Origin: Actinomycetes bacterium
Lineage (GTDB): Bacteria > Actinomycetota > Actinomycetes > Propionibacteriales > Propionibacteriaceae
DNA length: 35,507 nucleotides
Assembly: GCA_023442485.1 (NCBI GenBank)
Contig: JAEZZG010000058.1
Location: 1-35,507 of the forward strand
Direction of reading: 5' to 3'
This document shows, piece by piece, positions 29,409 through 35,507 of this stretch. The notes under the pieces are model-generated. The model was not told the origin of the DNA. It was given only the letters and a program-made list of their open reading frames with translations, and did no database searches. A program made the translations under genes and the position numbers. The number at the start of each line of letters is the position of its first letter. Position 1 is the first letter of the stretch.

Positions 29409-30443
29409 ATGATAGGTGCAGCATTCTTAGGTCCACACCAGCTAGAGATCAAGAATTTTCCTGACCCGGTGGCTGAACCGGGCGGGATGGTCATGAAAGT
29501 CCACTCCAACACCATCTGCGGTACGGACGGACGAATCCTGCGCGGCGAGAAGACGGCGGGGATGCGGATGGGGTGCATCTTGGGGCATGAGATGGCCGGT
29601 GAAATCGTCGAACTCGGCGAAGGGACGACCGGCTACGCAGTCGGCGATCGCGTCGCCGTGATGCCGATGATTCCGTGCGGGGTGTGCATCATGTGTAAGC
29701 GAGGCTGGGAAAACTTGTGCCCCGACGCAGCGATCTACGGCTACAACGTCGATGGCGGCCTGGCTGAATATGTCAATTTCCCGGCTGCCGCATTGCAACG
29801 CGGCGGCGTGGCAAAGTTCGACACCTCAGTTGACTACACCACCGCCTCGTTGAGTGAGCCACTCAGTTGCGTCATCAACGGCTTCGATCAATACGATGCC
29901 AGATTCGGCGAAACCGTCTTGATCATCGGTGCCGGCCCGATCGGTTTGATGCACATGTTCCTGGCGAAGACGGCCGGGGCCACAACCATCATCTCCGAGA
30001 CCTCCCAGACTCGCCGTGACAAGGCAACAGAACTCGGCGCAGACATGGTTGTCGACCCGTCAGCAACAGATCTGAAACAATTTGTTCTCGACGCCACTGA
30101 CGGACTTGGTGCTGACGTTGCAGTCTTAGCCATTGGCGTTCCTGCCCTGGTCAACCAGGCCTTCCACTGCGTCCGCAAACGCGGCAGAGTAAGCTGTTTC
30201 GCTGGCTTCCCGAAGGGCAAAGAGGCCGGGATCGACCCGAACCTGATCCACTACGGGGAGTTCACCGTCTTAGGGGCGTCAAACTCTGGCCGCCAGCACC
30301 AGATTCGGGCTTTGCGACTGATCGAATCTGGCAAGATTCCGATGGACAAACTCGTCACCCACACCTTCCCCCTGGACAAGGTCCACGAGGCCATCAACTT
30401 CGTCGGAACCGGAGAGGGCATCAAGATCGCAGTCCTGCCCTAG
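29409..30443 (+). CDS. Zinc-dependent medium-chain dehydrogenase (sorbitol/polyol/threonine-dehydrogenase-like)
   Basis: Catalytic Zn ligands C-GTD...GHE, structural Zn motif CGVCIMCKRGWENLC, and Rossmann GAGPIGL. GAGGAA SD upstream of the ATG at 29409. Confidence 0.85.
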   Translation: MIGAAFLGPHQLEIKNFPDPVAEPGGMVMKVHSNTICGTDGRILRGEKTAGMRMGCILGHEMAGEIVELGEGTTGYAVGDRVAVMPMIPCGVCIMCKRGWENLCPDAAIYGYNVDGGLAEYVNFPAAALQRGGVAKFDTSVDYTTASLSEPLSCVINGFDQYDARFGETVLIIGAGPIGLMHMFLAKTAGATTIISETSQTRRDKATELGADMVVDPSATDLKQFVLDATDGLGADVAVLAIGVPALVNQAFHCVRKRGRVSCFAGFPKGKEAGIDPNLIHYGEFTVLGASNSGRQHQIRALRLIESGKIPMDKLVTHTFPLDKVHEAINFVGTGEGIKIAVLP

Positions 30444-30554
30444 CCCTAGCCTCGCCGAGATCACCCTAGTTGCCAGTGTCTCGTTTGGCACAGACGCACC
30501 AACCAAGGTGGCTCGGTCTGCCTCGGGAGACCATCTGTGATCCGAGGCGTGATG

Positions 30555-30586
30555 ATTGTGGCGGTCACTTCGGTGGCCGCCACAAT
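30555..30586 (+). other. Stable hairpin ATTGTGGCGG-t-CAC-TTCG-GTG-g-CCGCCACAAT (10-bp stem plus inner 3-bp stem with a UUCG tetraloop) between the dehydrogenase and NUDIX genes
   Basis: Read directly from the sequence. It is followed by AATTATCTGG, a weak U-tract, so it could be a terminator or processing site for the upstream operon. Confidence 0.35.
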
Positions 30587-30627
30587 TATCTGGCTAGGCG
30601 GCACACATCCCCAGGTAGGATGGTTCG

Positions 30628-31083
30628 GTGACTGTGATCTACACCTCCGCTGTGGTCTTCCGCAATCTGGAAGGCGAAGTGTTGACGGTACGAAAGTGCG
30701 GAACAAAAAGATTTATGTTGGTGGGCGGCAAGCCTGAACCTGGGGAGACCCCACTCCAGACGGCAGTGCGCGAGGCGAAAGAAGAAGTCGGTATCGAGGT
30801 GTGCCCGGAGCACCTGACCTTGTTGGGGTTGTGGCAAACAGCGGCAGCCAATGAGCCCGGCATGGATGTTCACTGCACCACCTATCTGTGTACCGTGGCG
30901 ATCTCGGATCCTGGTATTGATCACGAAATCGCCCAGTTGCGCTGGGTGGACATCGATTCGCCATTGCCCGATGATCTAGCCCCTATGCTCGTGGAGAGGG
31001 TGATTCCCGAGCTGCATCATCGTCAAGCCCACCCCGACGCTGAACCACTCTTTGACTGGGATGTGCCAGCTAGGCCTTGTTGA
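30628..31083 (+). CDS. NUDIX hydrolase
   Basis: Nudix box GGKPEPGETPLQTAVREAKEEVGIEV (GX5EX7REUXEEXGU). GTG start. Confidence 0.75.
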   Translation: MTVIYTSAVVFRNLEGEVLTVRKCGTKRFMLVGGKPEPGETPLQTAVREAKEEVGIEVCPEHLTLLGLWQTAAANEPGMDVHCTTYLCTVAISDPGIDHEIAQLRWVDIDSPLPDDLAPMLVERVIPELHHRQAHPDAEPLFDWDVPARPC

Positions 31084-32575
31084 CCTGGTGGGCTGGTGCG
31101 TCCTCGTCTGGAGCTTCACCCGGGAAATGGTCAGGTTCGGTGACCTCGGCAATCGCCTTTCCCGAACTATCGACGACTAGTCGGTTGATTGACGGTAACG
31201 AGTTCTTGATCAGACGGTAGAGCGGGAAGAAGCTGACGACGCTGACTAGCACCGCGAACCACAGCTCGAAGGGGCCATATTCGGTCAGCATCGGTTCGAG
31301 GACGAGCAGGATCGACACTGACAAGATGATGGAGACCTGGGATCGGTTTACCCTGGCTGCAGCCAGGAAGGCACCACCCCAGATGAGATACCACGGATGT
31401 AAGGAGGGGAAGGAGAAAGCGAATACGGCGAGGCCGAAACCGACATAACCGATCGGGTCGGTGAGGCCAAACTTCCACATCTGGACCAGGATGTAGGCAC
31501 ATCCGGCAGCTAGAACGGGGAAGCCGATCAGCCGAATCCAGAACAAACGGGAGATCCCGGTCACGACGGCTAAACCTTCTCCAACGAGTGCCGATGGCGA
31601 AATCGTCGGGTATTTGTAGGGGGTTCCTGAACCGTCCAGCCAACCAAACCCGAGTCCGGAGACCACCGAAACCAGGAGGAAGACCCCAATCGTAATCGCC
31701 ACGGCGACTCCGATCCGCCATAGCGCTTGCTTCCATAGCATCCGCCATGCGGTGCGCGGTTCAAGATTCCTGCGCGCGATCGGGAACAGGGCAACACCGA
31801 TGGCGGTCAACCCTAGTGGCTGCTTAATTCCCATCGCCAAACCAACTAGAACAGACCCAACCAGCCACAGCGGCAGTTTCTTTTGTCTGCCGAGGATCGT
31901 CAACCACATGGCGGCAACAGCGAGGGCGGCGCCGACCGCGTCATGGTGAACACCGCCGACGAAGTGGAAGACCACATAGGGGTTGAGGACCAGGCCCCAC
32001 AACGCGGTGCGTGGATTGCGTCCGACCCTGCGGGCAATGTCAGACATGCCCAGACCGATCACGATGACTGACAATAGGGCCGGGATCCTCATCGCGATCA
32101 CAGACCAGTAAGGGTCATGTTGGCCCAGGGTCACCATCCAGGATTGAATCACCAAGGTGAACGGAGGGTAGACGGTGGTGGTCCCCTTCCAAAACATATC
32201 GACGTTGGCCCCGATTTGGGTACCGGAGGCCCCCATTGGCATCTCGTAGGGGTCAATCCCCATGATGCACAGTAACCCCTGTTCGGCGTAGGCCCAGGCG
32301 TCATGGGAGAGCACCGGGGGCGCAAAGAGGAGCGGGAGAATCCAGATGGCGAAGATCATCCATTGCTGTCTAAGACGACACTCACGCACGAGGAACCAGG
32401 CGATCACGGTCAAGGCGAGACCGGTGAGGGCGACGAGGAGGGAGAGGGAGTCCCAGACTAGCCCGTGGATGGGCACGCACGACTGCCCCGGACGGCACAA
32501 CACGAAGGAAAGAATCGAAACGCATAGGGTGCCGAGAAACCCGAGGATGCTGCTTATCAGTACGCGCTGGCGCAT
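31070..32575 (-). CDS. GT-C fold polyprenyl-phosphate-sugar-dependent glycosyltransferase (DUF2029 / GT87-like mannosyltransferase family)
   Basis: About 11 TM helices; an early periplasmic-loop acidic motif (SHDAWAYAEQG...GIDPY) resembles the DxD-like loop of MptB/PimE-type mannosyltransferases. Family assignment is from recall and not verified. Confidence 0.45.
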   Translation of the reverse strand: MRQRVLISSILGFLGTLCVSILSFVLCRPGQSCVPIHGLVWDSLSLLVALTGLALTVIAWFLVRECRLRQQWMIFAIWILPLLFAPPVLSHDAWAYAEQGLLCIMGIDPYEMPMGASGTQIGANVDMFWKGTTTVYPPFTLVIQSWMVTLGQHDPYWSVIAMRIPALLSVIVIGLGMSDIARRVGRNPRTALWGLVLNPYVVFHFVGGVHHDAVGAALAVAAMWLTILGRQKKLPLWLVGSVLVGLAMGIKQPLGLTAIGVALFPIARRNLEPRTAWRMLWKQALWRIGVAVAITIGVFLLVSVVSGLGFGWLDGSGTPYKYPTISPSALVGEGLAVVTGISRLFWIRLIGFPVLAAGCAYILVQMWKFGLTDPIGYVGFGLAVFAFSFPSLHPWYLIWGGAFLAAARVNRSQVSIILSVSILLVLEPMLTEYGPFELWFAVLVSVVSFFPLYRLIKNSLPSINRLVVDSSGKAIAEVTEPDHFPGEAPDEDAPAHQVNKA

Positions 32576-32737
32576 GACCCTCCAGCTGGTGAGAAATCGA
32601 GGCTCAATGGCGGATACAACCGTCGATAATATCCGATGAGTTCGCGATCAATCCAGGTAGAAGCGGAACCGTAAACCAATCGTGTCCAAAGCCCGACTTG
32701 AAGCCAAGAATTTGGCCGGTTTAGCACGACCTAGGCC

Positions 32738-32774
32738 GTAAAAGAGCTCAACCCCGTCCGGAGACGGGGTTGAG
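32738..32774 (-). terminator. Rho-independent terminator of groEL
   Basis: Perfect 12-bp stem CTCAACCCCGTC-cgga-GACGGGGTTGAG. On the minus strand this is followed by CTCTTTTAC, 18 nt after the groEL stop. Confidence 0.65.
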
Positions 32775-32791
32775 CAAACGAGGGGAATTAG

Positions 32792-34402
<1,611 letters not shown>

Positions 34403-34699
34403 TTACTTCTGCACCACTGCGAGGATGTCGCGGGCGTTGAGCAGCAGGTAGGTTGTGCCGTCGTACTTGACTTCGGTGCCGCCGTACTTGGAGAAGATCA
34501 CGATGTCACCTTCGGCAACATCCATCGGGATGCGGGTTCCCTTGTCATCGACCCGCCCTGGGCCAGTAGCAATAACCTTGCCTTCCTGAGGCTTTTCTTT
34601 TGCAGTATCGGGGATCACCAGGCCAGAGGCGGTGGTGGTTTCGGCTTCGAGAGGCTCTACAAGGACGCGATCCTCGAGCGGCTTGATCGTGGCTGCCAC
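34403..34699 (-). CDS. groES: Co-chaperonin GroES (Cpn10)
   Basis: [48 protein letters not shown].... GTG start with an AGAAAGGGG SD 8 nt upstream; the ORF-track start at 34741 adds 14 unsupported residues. Confidence 0.9.
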   Translation of the reverse strand: MAATIKPLEDRVLVEPLEAETTTASGLVIPDTAKEKPQEGKVIATGPGRVDDKGTRIPMDVAEGDIVIFSKYGGTEVKYDGTTYLLLNARDILAVVQK

Positions 34700-34830
34700 G
34701 TCAAACCCCTTTCTCTTGATAGGTCTAAAAATCAGTGTCATTTTGCCCCGAGACGTCGTCGCGGTGCCGCCCCGGAAGTCATCCTCGGCCCCGCACTAGC
34801 AATGGGATCGGGCTACCGAAGAACCATCAA

Positions 34831-34857
34831 CTAGCACTTGAACTGACCGAGTGCTAA
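34831..34857. promoter_or_regulatory. CIRCE operator (HrcA binding site) CTAGCACTT-n9-GAGTGCTAA upstream of groES
   Basis: Matches the CIRCE consensus TTAGCACTC-N9-GAGTGCTAA with 2 mismatches. About 130 bp upstream of the groES start. Confidence 0.85.
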
Positions 34858-34875
34858 TCAAAATGTAGTCGTGGA

Positions 34876-34902
34876 TTAGCACTCAATCAAGTTAAGTGCC
34901 AA
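34876..34902. promoter_or_regulatory. Second, more degenerate CIRCE-like element TTAGCACTC-n9-AAGTGCCAA
   Basis: Left half-site perfect; right half-site has 2 mismatches. Tandem CIRCE pairs are typical of actinobacterial groES promoters. Confidence 0.55.
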
Positions 34903-34960
34903 GAAAACGAGGGAAAGTTGAGCCCGATAGACTCAATTATCTTGTTGGGGTTCGACCGGG

Positions 34961-35446
34961 TTAGAGGACGGTGACCGACCAGCCAACCGGTTCGCCGTCC
35001 CGATAGGGCAAACAGGCGTGGAATTGATCGACGTCTGGGTCAAAAACGTACGGCAGGAAATAGCGGTCCCCCGGCCAGATGTTGAGGGAGTCAATCTCGG
35101 CGATAGTCTTCCATTCAAGCGGGCCTTCGGCGTTAGCAGCCGGAATCTTGCCGATATATCCGTCAATGACGAAGATGAAACCAAAGTGGTTCTCCCCATT
35201 CGCCCCGAATCCCGGCCACGACACTGTTCCGCGCAGTTTCATCGAGGTGACGTCAATCTGGGCCTCTTCAGCCAGCTCCCTCTTCATCGAAGCGGCGACG
35301 TCCTCATTCTGCTCGACTTTGCCCCCAAGTCCGTTCCACTTGCCGTGCTGATCATCCCAGTCGCGGCCAATCCGATGGCACATCAGGACGTGTTCCCCGT
35401 CTGGATGCAAGATGAACCCCAAGGTCGTAATCCTGGCAGTCAACAT
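34961..35446 (-). CDS. NUDIX hydrolase (MutT-like)
   Basis: Nudix box GGKVEQNEDVAASMKRELAEEAQIDV. Confidence 0.75.
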   Translation of the reverse strand: MLTARITTLGFILHPDGEHVLMCHRIGRDWDDQHGKWNGLGGKVEQNEDVAASMKRELAEEAQIDVTSMKLRGTVSWPGFGANGENHFGFIFVIDGYIGKIPAANAEGPLEWKTIAEIDSLNIWPGDRYFLPYVFDPDVDQFHACLPYRDGEPVGWSVTVL

Positions 35447-35507
35447 CTCACATCACAACCCTATCACCCGGCATTCCCGAATTAGCAGAGATCGACAAGG
35501 ACGACGG

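Noticed and set aside
32721-32729. TTAGCACGA, resembling a CIRCE left half-site, downstream of groEL.
   Set aside because: No matching right half-site (GAGTGCTAA) at 9-nt spacing. It is an isolated partial match.

Overview
The window is a high-GC actinobacterial chromosome segment of roughly 62-65% GC, in which core metabolic genes are interrupted by two accessory blocks. Reading left to right:

- **Purine operon (minus strand):** perM-like (DUF6350) - purN - purH - folD - DUF3017, all co-directional.
- **Segment 5.7-12.1 kb:**
  - A divergent membrane-anchored protein.
  - A standalone B12-binding domain protein.
  - An M23 peptidase with a long structured leader that may be a c-di-AMP riboswitch.
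  - pcrA/uvrD.
- **Accessory island (12.1-20.5 kb), GC about 50-55%:** YeaQ/GlsB stress protein, SPFH/band-7 protein plus an Arc-like RHH protein, a BAAT-type thioesterase, two GNAT acetyltransferases, a YfhO-family glycosylation-type membrane protein, and coaBC.
- **Island boundary:** the island ends at a 5'-truncated aldehyde-dehydrogenase remnant that abuts the guaA stop codon.
- **GMP block (minus strand):** guaA - chorismate mutase - guaB3-like - guaB.
- **Carbohydrate module (26.1-30.4 kb):** an FGGY kinase, a FucA-like class II aldolase, a DhnA/LsrF-like class I aldolase and a Zn-dependent polyol/alcohol dehydrogenase, with a perfect 13-bp palindrome between the two gene pairs.
- **Downstream:** a NUDIX hydrolase, a GT-C (DUF2029-like) glycosyltransferase, groEL-groES preceded by two CIRCE operators, and a second NUDIX hydrolase.

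Gene order echoes the M. tuberculosis Rv0948c-Rv0957 and Rv3410c-Rv3418c neighbourhoods fused into one locus. No tRNA or rRNA genes, CRISPR arrays, transposases or integrases were seen. All calls rest on reading the translated ORFs and the DNA by eye; no database search was run.
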